From: Octopus vulgaris
Taxonomy: Eukaryota
DNA: 64,000 nucleotides
NCBI GenBank assembly: GCA_951406725.2
Contig: OX597840.1
Span: 23,188,001-23,252,000 of the forward strand
Reading direction: 5' to 3'
In this document: piece after piece, positions 1 to 11,190 of the stretch
Layout: every line of letters begins with the position of its first letter
Numbering within the stretch: position 1 is the first letter of the stretch
Position numbers and translations under genes: made by a program
The notes under the pieces: model-generated
Databases searched by the model: none
What the model was told of the DNA's origin: nothing
The model's input: the letters and a program-made list of their open reading frames with translations, nothing else

Positions 1-330
1 CTCTCTCAGAGGAAATATTTTACTGTAATTCAGCAATGTTTTATAGAAGCAGGATTATACGTTTGTATAATATCTTTGCAGAGTCTTTCAAACATGATAC
101 ATATTGATGATTCTTTAAAAGTAAAAAATACTTTTTAGCCAATTTCATGTGATTTTCTGAAAGAATAGAAAAAATAATATAAGACATAGAATATGTTTAA
201 AAGGTAGATATTCAAAAGTGCAAATTTATAACATTTCTATTTTGCTAAATTGTAGAAGTATTAAACTTATCCAATCTCATCATTTTTAAGAAGTTTCTAT
301 CATAGAGTGGACACATGTATTATAATAACA
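1..330 (-). other. 5' leader exon start and splice acceptor of a further ZNF gene whose CDS lies left of the window
   Basis: Reverse complement matches the leader found upstream of every ZNF CDS (same sequence as 15178-15530 and 63590-63930); acceptor TTCTTTCAG at ~157-165 on minus strand. Confidence 0.85.
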
Positions 331-374
331 ACTCCTAGACACACCAATGAAGCAGGAAAATCTGTGACAATGTA

Positions 375-1545
375 TTAATGTAAACACAAAGAGTGGTAGA
401 ACCAACTGCAGTACAGAAAAGGACATTACATGAATTTCATTGTGAACCCCCGGGGATCTCATGACTGAAAGCTTTGATGGGGAGTCATGTGTATTGGCCA
501 GCAATGGACCGGGACATTAAAAATTTGGTAAAATTCATCTAGAGATTTTTCATTAGCAGCCAAGGCACCACCAGAGAAATACCAATTGTGGTCTGAGACT
601 ATGAGTTTGTGGTCCTGGGTACATATAGACTATGCTTGACAAGTGAATGGTGCATGCTACTTGATCATGATTGATAGCCTTACAAAGTGGTTGGAAGGAT
701 GTAGGTGCAGTCAACCTACCTTGAAGGCAACTATAACGTTCCTGCACAAATTCTTTTGCTCAGTACGGTGTTTGGATCTTTTCCTTTTCAACGGTAGACA
801 ATTTCTAGTTAACTAAGCACTTTCAAACTTCATATACTGGTAGAATGTGTCAAAATAAAACATTTTTTTCTCTTGGCTTTCTTGAGAAAATTGTAATTTG
901 TTTGTTCAACGTAGTTTAATTTTCCGAATTGTAACCAATCCTGTGCTCTCTTTTGAGCTAAAATCATTTGCTGCGTCTAAAACTGAGACAACATCCTGTA
1001 GCTAACCCTAAATTTTTTTTTCTTAATTGTTAAATTAATTTAATTGTTACACGTGTAAAAAAAACTAAAGCAGTGGAATTGAATTAATTTAACAATTAAG
1101 AAAAAAAAATTTAGGGTTAGTTACAGGATGTTGCTTCAGTTTTAGACGCAGCAAATGATTTCAGTTGAATTGAGGTAATCGATTGGTTAAAATTGCCGAA
1201 ATGCTCGGCTTTTCAGACGAAATATCTTACAAAGTATAGGATTTTCTCAATAAAACCAAGAGAAAATGATGTTTTATAAACACATTCTACCAGTATACGA
1301 AGTTTAAAAGTGTTTAGTTAACTAGAAATTGTGTTGACATTTGCCGTTCAAAAGGAAAAGATCCCGGTGTTTCAGGCACCATCGAAGAAGGGAATACAAT
1401 TTACAGGATACCAGTTAAAGAAATCCTGCAAAATACATGTAGGCAAGTACGTCTACCCCACCCTACCACTCAAGGTCAAATGGGTAAGCAGAACGATTTA
1501 TAGATACTTTCAAGCGAGCGCCAAATACAGGAAGGAACCAGTTAA
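375..1545 (+). mobile_element. Degenerate Gypsy/Ty3-type LTR retrotransposon integrase fragment, split by a MITE
   Basis: Manual translation across stops and frameshifts gives PGIS*LKALMGSHVYWPAMDRDIKNLVK, WSWVHIDYA*QVNGACYLIMIDSLTKWLE, GIQFTG and PYHSRSNG*AERFIDTFKRA, the zinc-binding and rve core motifs. Confidence 0.8.
774..1364. mobile_element. Foldback MITE, GG termini, 8-bp TSD (Merlin-like)
   Basis: TIR GGATCTTTTCCTTTTCAACGG / CCGTTCAAAAGGAAAAGATCC; exact TSD CGGTGTTT at 766-773 and 1365-1372; arms are complementary over most of the length. Confidence 0.9.
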
Positions 1546-1979
1546 GCAAGGATTAAGGGCTAACTAAATTCTTTTCAACAATAGCGATCAGCCATCATTT
1601 CTATATGTCGTCTCCAATTTTTAAAAATATATTTACTACTAATTTTCGAGTAAAAGATTATATAAACTGATTTTTATTTTCACTTTTGGTCAAATTAGTT
1701 ACTTTCTAGTGTTTCGTTTCTTCAGTATACGATATTTACTTTTCGTTTCAGTATTTCAGGTGCACACTCGTATTTTTATATATTCCCCATTTTCTTATAC
1801 AAATTATATTGTACTTTCCTGCCTTTAACTTAAATAATCAAACTTACACGCCACAAAGAAAGAGAAATTTTACCTAAACAAGATACAGATCTGACGTTAA
1901 CGAATATAGGAAATAACCAAAAGTGCAATGAAATGTCTAAAAGAAAACAAACAGAATGAAAGTATTAAAATAACAGCCT

Positions 1980-2303
1980 GGATCTTTTCGGTTTGAACGG
2001 CAGTTTTTAACATAATTTCTAGGTAACTAAAAAATTTTGAATTTCGTAAACTGGTAAAATGTGTTTATAAGACATCTTTTTCTCTTGGCTTTATTGAGAA
2101 AATTCTATAGTTTGTAAGGTATTTGTTGTTGTTTTTCTTCAATTTCAACCAATCATTGACGTCTGTTGAGGTAAAAAAAAAAACATTCTGTGCCGTATGA
2201 ATATGTCCCTCGTTTAAGAAACAGATTGGGTTTATTTACATTTGTGAAGAAAAAAAGATACCCTTCCCCCAGCCCTGAAACAGATTGAAATGCAATAGAT
2301 CGT
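1980..2303. mobile_element. Truncated MITE of the GGATCTTTTC family
   Basis: Starts GGATCTTTTCGGTTTGAACGGCAG; reverse complement of 60660-60988. Confidence 0.8.
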
Positions 2304-2333
2304 ATTTGTTTAGTGAAATTCTTTCTTTTAACT

Positions 2334-2563
2334 GGTATTACTTAATTAGAGTGGTCCAGGTGCGCGCACTCACGCATCCGCTCTAGCTAGTCGTGACTAG
2401 TCGATCCTACAACAACTACGTAGCAAAGTAAATAAAACACAAAATACATAATTTTTTTTTACAGAGAGTAAATAAAACAAAAGCACAAAGGATCGACTAG
2501 TCACGACTAGCTAGCGCGGACATGCGAGTGCGCGCACCGGGAGCACTCTTCTTAAGTAGTACC
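2334..2563. mobile_element. MITE, GG termini, 9-bp TSD (Merlin-like)
   Basis: ~75-bp imperfect TIRs (GGTATTACTTAA...GTCGATCCT / AGGATCGAC...TTAAGTAGTACC); exact TSD CTTTTAACT at 2325-2333 and 2564-2572. Confidence 0.9.
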
Positions 2564-2569
2564 CTTTTA

Positions 2570-2965
2570 ACTTACTCAACACATCGAAACAATCAGATAT
2601 ATGGCATGACACATATATAATAGAAATGTTTATATAAATATAATACTTACACAATAAATATATATATATATATATATGTGTATATACACAGAGTGAGTCA
2701 ACGAGGAAGGTGTGAGAAGAATATATTGTAGTGAAAACTGAACTCAGAGTGGACAAAGAGAGCTTCAAGAGAATTTCTTCCTCTTTACAACAAACGTTAA
2801 TTAATATTTTTCAGGTTCACATAATCAAAAATGTTGCATCTGTTTCTTTAGAAATTTAATTACCAATCGTGTATATATTTGATTGGGTTTTCTCTTAAAT
2901 ATCAGTTGTAAAGTGGAACCAATCAAGCAATAAAAATGCGTAAGAAACAGGAGCAAGAAAGCCTT
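2570..2965 (-). promoter_or_regulatory. Promoter/exon-1 module of the left-edge ZNF gene
   Basis: Homologous to 19480-19880 and, in reverse, to 39830-40140; CCAAT motifs; donor GTAAGT (ACTTAC 2645-2650). Confidence 0.65.
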
Positions 2966-3014
2966 TTACGAATTTATGTGAAGCAGCTCAGCTCTTAATT
3001 AAAAACGGATATTA

Positions 3015-3460
3015 GAAATAGAGTGATTTCCCCTCGTCTGTTAATTGCTAAATCTTTCCAATTCTGTTTCCTTGTTTAAGAGAGAACCCAATTGAATATA
3101 CACACGTTTGATAATTAACTGTGTAAAGAAATCCGTACAGTATTCTTTATTAAATTCACCTGCAAAATATAAATCAACGTTTGCTATTAAAAATCTAGAA
3201 ATTCTCTTGAAGCTGTCATTGTCCACTCAGACTCCAGTCCTCACTGCTTCATCATATTCTCACATTTTCCTCGGTGACTCTCTCTCTATATATATACATA
3301 TATTTCTATGTGAGTATTATATTTTATTTAAGCATTTCTATTGTATATGTGTCATTTTACGTATATTTGCTTATTCTGACGTGTTGAATAATTAAATTAA
3401 AAGAATATCACTAAACAAAGCCGAAATTATATGAAAGTAAGGCTGACATTCGAATAATTT
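3015..3460 (+). promoter_or_regulatory. Diverged promoter/exon-1 module of ZNF locus 1
   Basis: AGAGTGATTTCCCCT motif, GAAATTCTCTTGAAGCTGTC block, donor CTAT|GTGAGT at 3310; homologous to the other modules. Confidence 0.6.
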
Positions 3461-3764
3461 TGTTTTATTTTCTTTTAGACATTCCGTTCCAGTTTTGGTT
3501 TTTTTCTTACATTGCTTTGTGTCAGGGCAATACCTTGTTTACACAACATTTCCCTTTATTTTTGGCTTGTAAATCTAAGAATTTATTTAAATGCAGGTAA
3601 ATTACGATGTAATTTCTGAAAAATGGAGAATATATAAAAATTAGATTGTGCACTTGAAATACTGAAACGAAAAGAGGATGGTTCACATGGATCGGCATTT
3701 GTGTGAAACATTAAAAGAAATGTCTTTATTTTTGCTAGTTCTTCTCTGTCATTACAATTTACAA

Positions 3765-3796
<32 letters not shown>

Positions 3797-3798
<2 letters not shown>

Positions 3799-4302
3799 TA
3801 CTACTAGCAAAGACTGGACCCGGTGTGCGCTAGCTAGTCGTAAGTAGTCGATCCTACAACGACTTGCGCGTATGCAAATGAGTTGATTTTACAGAATAAA
3901 ATAAAAGAATTGTTTAAAGAAAATAAATAATTTCTTAGAACAATGGATATGATTTTTTTTACACAAATCAAATAAAATGTGTGTGATATATTCTTTTACT
4001 AGTTTTTAGTTTTTGGACAGCATCCATGGTAGGTACATCATTCAGGTATATATGTACACATATATATATATATATGTGTATGTGTGTATATATATGTTTT
4101 GTTTATTTTGGTTTGTTTTGATGTTTTCTTGTTTGTTTATTTACACTAAACCACCACCACCACCACCCTTGTCTTGATCATTAATTAGACCCATTGATTG
4201 TCTTCCAACCTACAACACAACTCATTTGCATACGCGCAAGTCGTTGTAGGATCGACTACTTACGACTAGCTAGCGCGCACCGGGTCCAGTCTTTGCTAGT
4301 AG

Positions 4303-4305
<3 letters not shown>
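3797..4305. mobile_element. MITE related to 2334-2563, inserted in (TA)n
   Basis: ~90-bp near-perfect TIRs GGTACTACTAGCAAAGACTGGACCCGGTG...ATGCAAATGAGTTG / CAACTCATTTGCAT...TGCTAGTAGTAC. Confidence 0.88.
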
Positions 4306-4328
<23 letters not shown>

Positions 4329-4337
<9 letters not shown>

Positions 4338-4410
4338 TTATAGAGGGCATTATTTCACATAAATGCCACACGCATTTATGTGTAATAATGCCCTCTATAC
4401 AATATAAATA
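4329..4410. repeat. ~38-bp-stem palindrome
   Basis: TATAGAGGGCATTATTTCACATAAATGC-cacac-GCATTTATGTGTAATAATGCCCTCTATA. Confidence 0.8.
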
Positions 4411-4524
4411 AATATTTGCAAAGAAAAAATTTACAATTTTTTTCTCTTATTAGGGTTTTCACGCTAACTACTTGATAATTTCTTGTTAAGATTTCTTATT
4501 AAGATTTTATCCTATTATTAAATT

Positions 4525-4556
<32 letters not shown>

Positions 4557-4758
4557 AGTGGGGTACAAAGGAAGTCTTGTCAATAATTTAAAAAGGCAGA
4601 AAAGAAAAGAAAAATTAGGAATAAGTGTAAAGGATGTGTATCGTGATGAAGAAAATGAACGATTTAAGTAAAATAAGAAAAAACATCTCAAATATATATA
4701 TATTCATGTTATTTTGTTTTTATTAATTGCTTCAGAAATGCAGCATGACTTCCGGTCT

Positions 4759-4825
4759 GAGATTCAAACCCGCGATCCCACGACCGCGAGTCCGCTGCTC
4801 TAACCACTAGGCCATGTCCCTCCAC
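4759..4825 (-). mobile_element. tRNA-derived SINE head fragment
   Basis: Minus strand GTGGAGGGACATGGCCTAGTGGTTAGAGCAGCGG...GGGTTTGAATCTC contains A-box and B-box-like motifs; no proper acceptor stem. Confidence 0.7.
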
Positions 4826-5547
4826 ATCTGTGTTACTAAACAAAGCTGTGTTGACAAGATAGAACTCCGAGGTGAAAACATTGGTTATCTAGGCCATTAA
4901 CATCTATATTGGTGTGTGTGAGAGAGAGAGAAAGAGCGTGTGTGTCACAGATTTAATGTCCAGGAGTTGCTATTATAATTATTGAATCTGCTCGTAATTT
5001 ATTAACTTTTGGGTAAGTTTATTAGTTTGAATGCAGGTTTACTTCTACAATCCATTAAAACAGAAATGGCATAAATTCGCATTTTTTAATATCTACCTTT
5101 TAAACCTATTCTATGTCTTATATTATTTTTTTCTATTCTTTCAGGAAATCACATGAAATTGGCTAAAAAGTATTTTTTACTTTTAAAGAAACATCAATAT
5201 GTATCATGTTTGAAAGACTCTGCAAATATATTCTACAACCATATAATCCTGCTTCTATAAAACATTGCGGAATTACAGTAAAATATTTCCTCTGAGAGAG
5301 AGAAAGCATTTCTTTACCTCTGTGTCTGAAATGTGCAAGAGATAATTTTCTCTTTTAAATATACTTTGATAGATTTACAAAGAATATTTGCAGCATTTTT
5401 AAATATTGGCATTAATCACATTTCGAAGAAATATAAAAGAAGTGATATTTGTTTGGAATAAACTGTAAAAGCAAAAAGAAGCAAAATATCCATATATTTT
5501 GGTGAGAGGAGAAATATTCTTTGATTGATTTTATTTTTTCTGAAGTG

Positions 5548-6723
5548 ATGACGGAAGAATTAGGACAATCCTCACATGACTTCTCAGAAGAAAGTAAATT
5601 CAATGAACACAAACGAATTCATACTGGGGAGAAACCTTATCCCTGTGATATCTGTGGGAAAGTATTCTCTCAAAGTAAATGTTTAACTAGACATAAACGT
5701 ATTCATACAGAAGAGAAACGACATCACTGTGATATCTGTGGTAAATCATTCTCTCAAAACACTACCCTAACTACGCACAAACGGGTTCATACCGGGGAGA
5801 AACCTTATCACTGTGATATCTGTGGTAAATCATTCTCAGATGGCAGTAGCTTTACCAAACACAAGCGTATTCATACTGGTGAGAAACGACATCACTGTGA
5901 CATCTGTGGTAAATCATTCTCTTCTGCAAGAAACTTGATTGCACACGAGCATATTCATACAGGGGAGAAACCATATCAATGTGATATCTGTGGTAAATCT
6001 TTCCCTGAAATCTATGGCTTAACTAAACACAAACGTATTCATACAGGAGAGAAACCTTATCATTGTGATATCTGTGGTAAATCATACTCTGATGGCAGTA
6101 GCCTAACGAAACACAAACGTATTCATACTGGTGAGAAACCATATCACTGTGATATCTGTGGTAAATCTTTCTCTATAAATCACTATTTAACCCAACACAA
6201 ACGGGTTCATACAGGGGAGAAACCTTTTCACTGTGATATCTGTGGTAAATCATTCTCTGGTGACAGTAGCTTAACTACGCACATACGTATTCATACAGGA
6301 GAGAAGCCTTATCCCTGTGATATCTGTGGTAAATCATTTTCTGATGCCAGCAGCTTATATAAACACAAACGCATTCATACAGGGGAGAAACCTTTTCACT
6401 GTGATATCTGTGGTAAATCATTCTCTCAAGGAATTCACTTAACTACACACAAACTAATTCATACAGGGGAGAAACCATATCCCTGTGATATATGTGGTAA
6501 ATCATTCTCTGATGGCAGTAGCTTAATTAGACACATACGTATTCATACTGGTGAGAAACCATATCACTGTGATATCTGTGGTAAATCATTCTCTCAAAAC
6601 ACTGCCCTAACTACACACAAACAGGTTCATACAGGGGAGAACCCATATCACTGTGATATCTGTGGTGAATCATTCTCTGATGGCAGTAACTTAAATGAAC
6701 ACATACATACTCATACAAGTTAG
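5548..6723 (+). CDS. C2H2 zinc-finger array protein (13 fingers plus a truncated first finger), no effector domain
   Basis: Tandem CxxC-x12-HxxxH with TGEKPY linkers; ATG at 5548 (MTEELG) aligns with MSEELG of the paralogs, so the TTG at 5521 is not the start. Confidence 0.92.
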   Translation: MTEELGQSSHDFSEESKFNEHKRIHTGEKPYPCDICGKVFSQSKCLTRHKRIHTEEKRHHCDICGKSFSQNTTLTTHKRVHTGEKPYHCDICGKSFSDGSSFTKHKRIHTGEKRHHCDICGKSFSSARNLIAHEHIHTGEKPYQCDICGKSFPEIYGLTKHKRIHTGEKPYHCDICGKSYSDGSSLTKHKRIHTGEKPYHCDICGKSFSINHYLTQHKRVHTGEKPFHCDICGKSFSGDSSLTTHIRIHTGEKPYPCDICGKSFSDASSLYKHKRIHTGEKPFHCDICGKSFSQGIHLTTHKLIHTGEKPYPCDICGKSFSDGSSLIRHIRIHTGEKPYHCDICGKSFSQNTALTTHKQVHTGENPYHCDICGESFSDGSNLNEHIHTHTS

Positions 6724-7127
6724 AAAATCATAATTTAACTAAACACAAGCATATTCATATTGAAATCATTGCTGATTTAAACACAAGTGCATTCCTTATC
6801 AATTGGATTCGTAGCATAGTAATAATTTTTTCACTACAATCATCATCATCATCATCACCATCATTGAACATCCACTTTTCCATGCTTCTATGGATCACAT
6901 AGAATTCATTGATGGAGATTCTCTGCAGCTGCATGCCTGCCTTTCTTGTCACCAATCCTCACTTGTTTCCAAGCAAGGAAATATTTTCCATGGTGAGACA
7001 TATTTTCTGCAAAAGACTTGAAATGAACAACTGCATTTGTATGAGAAAGGTGGTCATTTACTAGTATCGTGTGATATCCAGTGAAGGGTACACACACAGA
7101 CACACATCTATAAATATATACATATTT

Positions 7128-7295
7128 AAAAAGCATCCATTATACTCTTGGAGTGGTTGGCATTAGGAAGAGCATCCAGCCATATACACACTGCCAAATC
7201 AGAGTGCAACTTGGTGCAGTTCTGTGGCTTGCCAATTCCAGTCGAACTGTCTAACCCATGCCAGCATGGAAAGTAAACAATAAATGGTGATGTAT
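7128..7295 (+). mobile_element. SINE/RTE 3'-tail fragment
   Basis: GGAGTGGTTGGCATTAGGAAGAGCATCCAGCC...AACCCATGCCAGCATGGAAA matches the RTE tail at 18385-18550. Confidence 0.75.
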
Positions 7296-7582
7296 GTATG
7301 AATAATTTCTAATGGGAGATATCTGACATGTTTCCCTTCCTCTCTATATAAAATTTTGTAATTCCTGTTAGCAAATGAAACACATGTAATGATGATTAGA
7401 TAATACCAAAAACGTTTTTCAATCTCCTCTTGTGTTATATACTTACTCTGCAAAACTATTTTTCCAGTATTTATCAATTCTTGAGACATACCTGACTCAA
7501 GTATAACATCTAATGTACAACTTTGGAGTAGTGGAGTCAGCATGTATACTTCAAGATGACACAGTTTAAATTATAACCTACC

Positions 7583-7630
<48 letters not shown>

Positions 7631-7757
7631 AAGTGTGATAGGGGTTATGAGTGTAACTCACTATGGGATATCAGTTATCCAATATAATATTCTTGTGTAT
7701 GTGTATTTCATTTCATATTTATATTTGCATTTTATATTTTTATAATTGTACTTTATA

Positions 7758-7885
7758 ATCTCTGATGAGGCCTTGAGATGTATATATATAAGTAACTCAT
7801 TTTTAACTGCATATTACCTCAATACATCTGGCTAATATAGGCAGAATGAGATACCTTTATCTACAGGCTTAAACAGCTGTAAGAT
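7758..7885 (+). ncRNA. Degenerate type I hammerhead ribozyme (Penelope pLTR-like)
   Basis: ATCT-CTGATGA-GGCCT...AGGCT-TAAA-CAGCTG-TA-AGAT: helix I, core, long stem II, palindromic helix III; GAAA is mutated to TAAA. Confidence 0.55.
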
Positions 7886-8457
7886 CCATTTTATGTGTAT
7901 TATTTTTATGGTATTATCTTACTTATTGATGTATATTGTTTTATTTTGTTGGATTTGGATGTTCCTATTTATGTAGTTAATAAATAATATGAATTGGTAA
8001 TATCTGTAAGTCGATGATTGAAATGAATCTGTTCTTCCATTTTCTTATTTGTATTATATATATAAATTTATATATATATATAATATTGCAATACAAATGT
8101 ATTACTTTCCAGTAAAATAAAGCCCCACAAGGGTAGAATTATACACATAAAAACAGGTGAGTGGTAGAACAAGGCACCAATAAGTACTGGAAAATAGCAA
8201 TCGATACAAATACATCTAATGTACAACTTTGGAGTAGTGGAGTCAGCATATATATACTTCAAGATGACACAATTTAGATTATAAACCTTTCCTATATTTT
8301 GTTACAGTTAGACAAAGGAAACAACAAATAGAACAGGTTTTTATGATTCGATTATGTATTGAGAAAAATGGCAAAAACTTGCAACAAGGACAACACAAAG
8401 CTGTTATAATGAATTTGAGAGCAAGGTACAGAGCCATTACGAAAATATTTGAGTTCA

Positions 8458-8945
8458 ATCATCATCATCATTGTTCGACCATGGTCGAGACAATGGAATT
8501 TACCATGCTACACCAGACTTCACGGTCCATCATGGCATTACGGATGTCCTGTTGCTGGATGCCTGTATCTCTGGAGATTACATCAGGGTAGGAGAGTGTG
8601 TGCCCTCTGGTATTGCGAGTAGATGGCTTCCAGAGGAGAAGAGTAGAAATTGCCTCGTTTTCAGCTCTACCTTTCACAAGAGATGACACAGGTGGTAGTT
8701 TCCCATATATTTGCATTTTGGTTGGATGACGCTTCCACGAGAGATTTTGAGCTCTCATAAGGAGGCGAGTTCAAAGTGCAGAGTTGTTACAAAATGATTG
8801 AGTATGTCGGTCCTTGTTGACGGAAAGTCCAATGTCAGAGGTCGCAGTCGCAGATTTCCTTTGTTTATTCCAAACTCTCAGCATGCCAATCCAAGCAAAC
8901 AGGCGAGGTAACTCTACTGACCCTCTTGTATGTTGTACTATGTTA
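8458..8945 (-). mobile_element. RTE-clade LINE 3' fragment
   Basis: Peptide NLSWKRHPTKMQIYGKLPPVS...LLWKPS...YPDVISRDTG...AMMDREVW followed directly by a (TGA)n tail. Confidence 0.75.
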
Positions 8946-9010
8946 TGTTGATCTCTTACCACAGAGGGAGAGAGAACGGCAGAAAGTTCAGGAGGAAGAC
9001 TGAACGATGC

Positions 9011-10770
9011 TTTTTTTTTTTTACTTGTTTCAGTCATTTGACTGCGGCCATGCTGGAGCACCGCCTTTAGTCGAGCAAATCGACGCCCAAGACTTATTCT
9101 TTGTAAGCCTAGTACTTATTCTTCCGGTCTCTTTTGCCGAACCGCTAAGTTACGGAGAGGCAATCACACCAGCATCGGTTGTCAAGCGATGTTGGTGGGA
9201 CAAGCACAGACACACAAACATACATATATATATCTATCTATATACATATCTATATATATATATACACATATCTATATATATCTACATATATACATATCTA
9301 TATATATATACGAGGGGCGTTCAATAAGTAATGCCCCTGACCCACTTCCCATAGCAGTAAAGCAATGAAACTTGGCACAGTTATTAGTCTTTTTCTACAT
9401 AGGAACCACCCAGAGTTACGCATTTCTCCCATTGTTTGATGCAGCTCTGGAGACCGTTTTTACAGAAGACCCCAGCTTGGTCCTCCAACCTGAACGCGAC
9501 TTCAGAAATCAAGGCTGAATCATCTGGGAAACGCTTTCCTTTCAAAAACAACTTCTTGGCTGGGAAGAGGTGAAAATCAGAGGGTGCAAGGTCAGGAAAG
9601 TAGGGGGATGGGGGAGGAGTTCATAGCCATACGCCTGTGCTCCTGATCTGGCGACAAGCGAGTTGTGGACCGGAGCGTTGTCCTGCAGGAGGAGGATGCC
9701 TTTGCTGATCTTGATAACTTCTCTTAATTTCCTCAAAAGTGAAGCATAATAGGCTCCTGCAATTGTGGTACCCTTTGCCAGGAAATCTGTCATCACTACT
9801 CTGTCCTGGTCCCAGAAGACTGTGAGCATGACCTTGCCAGCGGAGGGCTGCACCCTTGCCTTCTTTGGAGGGGGTGAGTCACGGTGCTTCCACTGCATTG
9901 ACTGGGCTTTGGTCTCTGGATCATCGTGATGGACCCAGGTTTCATCCTGTGTAATCAGTCTTTTGAAAAATTTTGACTCATCTTCTTGGCACATCTCCAA
10001 ATTCACCCTCGAGCACTTGATGCGTTCTTGCTTCTGGAAAGCCATGAGGAACCTGGGAATCCATCTGGCAGATACCTTTTGCATATGCAAATGGTCATGA
10101 ATGATAGCTTCCACAGACCCGGTAGTAATCTTGACCTCATGGGCTATTTGGCGAATAGTTATGCGTCGATCTTCCAAAATGGCAGCCTCAACTTGACGGA
10201 CAGATGCCTCATCAATGGCAGAAGGGGGCGACCAGATCTGGCAGCTGTTTCCACAGAGTTCCGACCATGTTTGAATTTACGATGCCAGCGTTTTACAAGG
10301 TCATATGATGGGGCATCATCACCATAAGTTACTTTCATTTCATCAAAAGTCTCCCGTGGTGTGCGTCCTTTCAAATACAAAAACCGGATCACTGCTCGAC
10401 ACTCAACAGGCTCCATTTAACACTTGACTCGGTTCAAACACCTGTAAATCAGAAACCACAATTAATTCAGTGCTGTAATTTGATACTTACTCTATAGAGA
10501 TATAAATGATTGCACATGCAAAATTTCAGCTAGATCAAACAACTGCAAGTGGGTCAGAAGCATTACTTATTGAACGTCCCTCGTATATATATATATATAC
10601 ATACCTATGTACAACAGGCTTCTTTCAGTTTCCGTGTACCAAATCCACTCACAAGGCTTTGGTCGGCCCGGGGCTATAGAAGACACTTGCCCAAAATGCC
10701 ACGCAGTGGGACTGAACCCAGAAGCACTGGTTGGTAAGCAAGCTACTTACCACACAGCCACTCCTGCGCC
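9011..10770 (-). mobile_element. tRNA-derived SINE with internal microsatellite, interrupted by a mariner
   Basis: Head GGCGCAGGAGTGGCTGTGTGGTAAG...GGGTTCAGTCCCACTG at 10770-10700; body and A-tail at 9011-9220; uninterrupted copy at 59507-59890. Confidence 0.85.
9311..10583 (-). mobile_element. Full-length mariner transposon (1273 bp), frameshifted transposase
   Basis: TIRs CGAGGGGCGTTCAATAAGTAATGC / GCATTACTTATTGAACGTCCCTCG flanked by TA; ORF pieces 10416-10159 (HTH) and 10177-9542 with WIPR, QDETWVH, QDNAPVH, PHPP motifs. Confidence 0.95.
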
Positions 10771-11150
10771 TTTGCTAGAGAAAGATGAGCTGGTGAAAGT
10801 TGTATGTATCATGGCTGTCTCTGGTCATCTCATTTCACCAACTGGCTTTTGCTTTACGAAATTCTAGTATTTTATAAGTGCAATATAGCGAGAAAGAGAG
10901 GCATATTGCCGAGAACAATGAGGAAACTGATGTAGGTAGCTCTTCATTTAATTTTGACTTTTGGTGGTATAGAAGAGGTTAGGGTGAAGTAGGAAAACAT
11001 ATCAATTGGCCTGGCAGAGGGTATGTGTGGAGTGTCACTGTTGTCAACTACTGTTTTTCTGTGGGAAAATGCTGTTTTCAGGTTCAAATCTATATGCCCC
11101 AAATGGAATCCACTATTTTACTTCCCAAGGAAAAGACTTTCATAACAATA

Positions 11151-11190
<40 letters not shown>

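Noticed and set aside
1003-1120. CTAACCCTAA / TTAGGGTTAG telomere-like motifs
   Set aside because: Only 1-2 units, and internal to the MITE arms
4759-4825. tRNA-like sequence (also the SINE heads near 10770 and 59507)
   Set aside because: No complete cloverleaf or acceptor stem; these are SINE heads
5145-5547. Leader as a possible spliced N-terminal effector domain (KRAB/ZAD-like)
   Set aside because: All three frames from the acceptor hit stops before the ZNF ATG in the copies checked; no domain motif seen
5600-6720. Regular 84-bp repeat with variable inserts, superficially CRISPR-like
   Set aside because: Period of 28 codons in an open frame: C2H2 scaffold plus variable recognition helix; eukaryotic context and no cas genes
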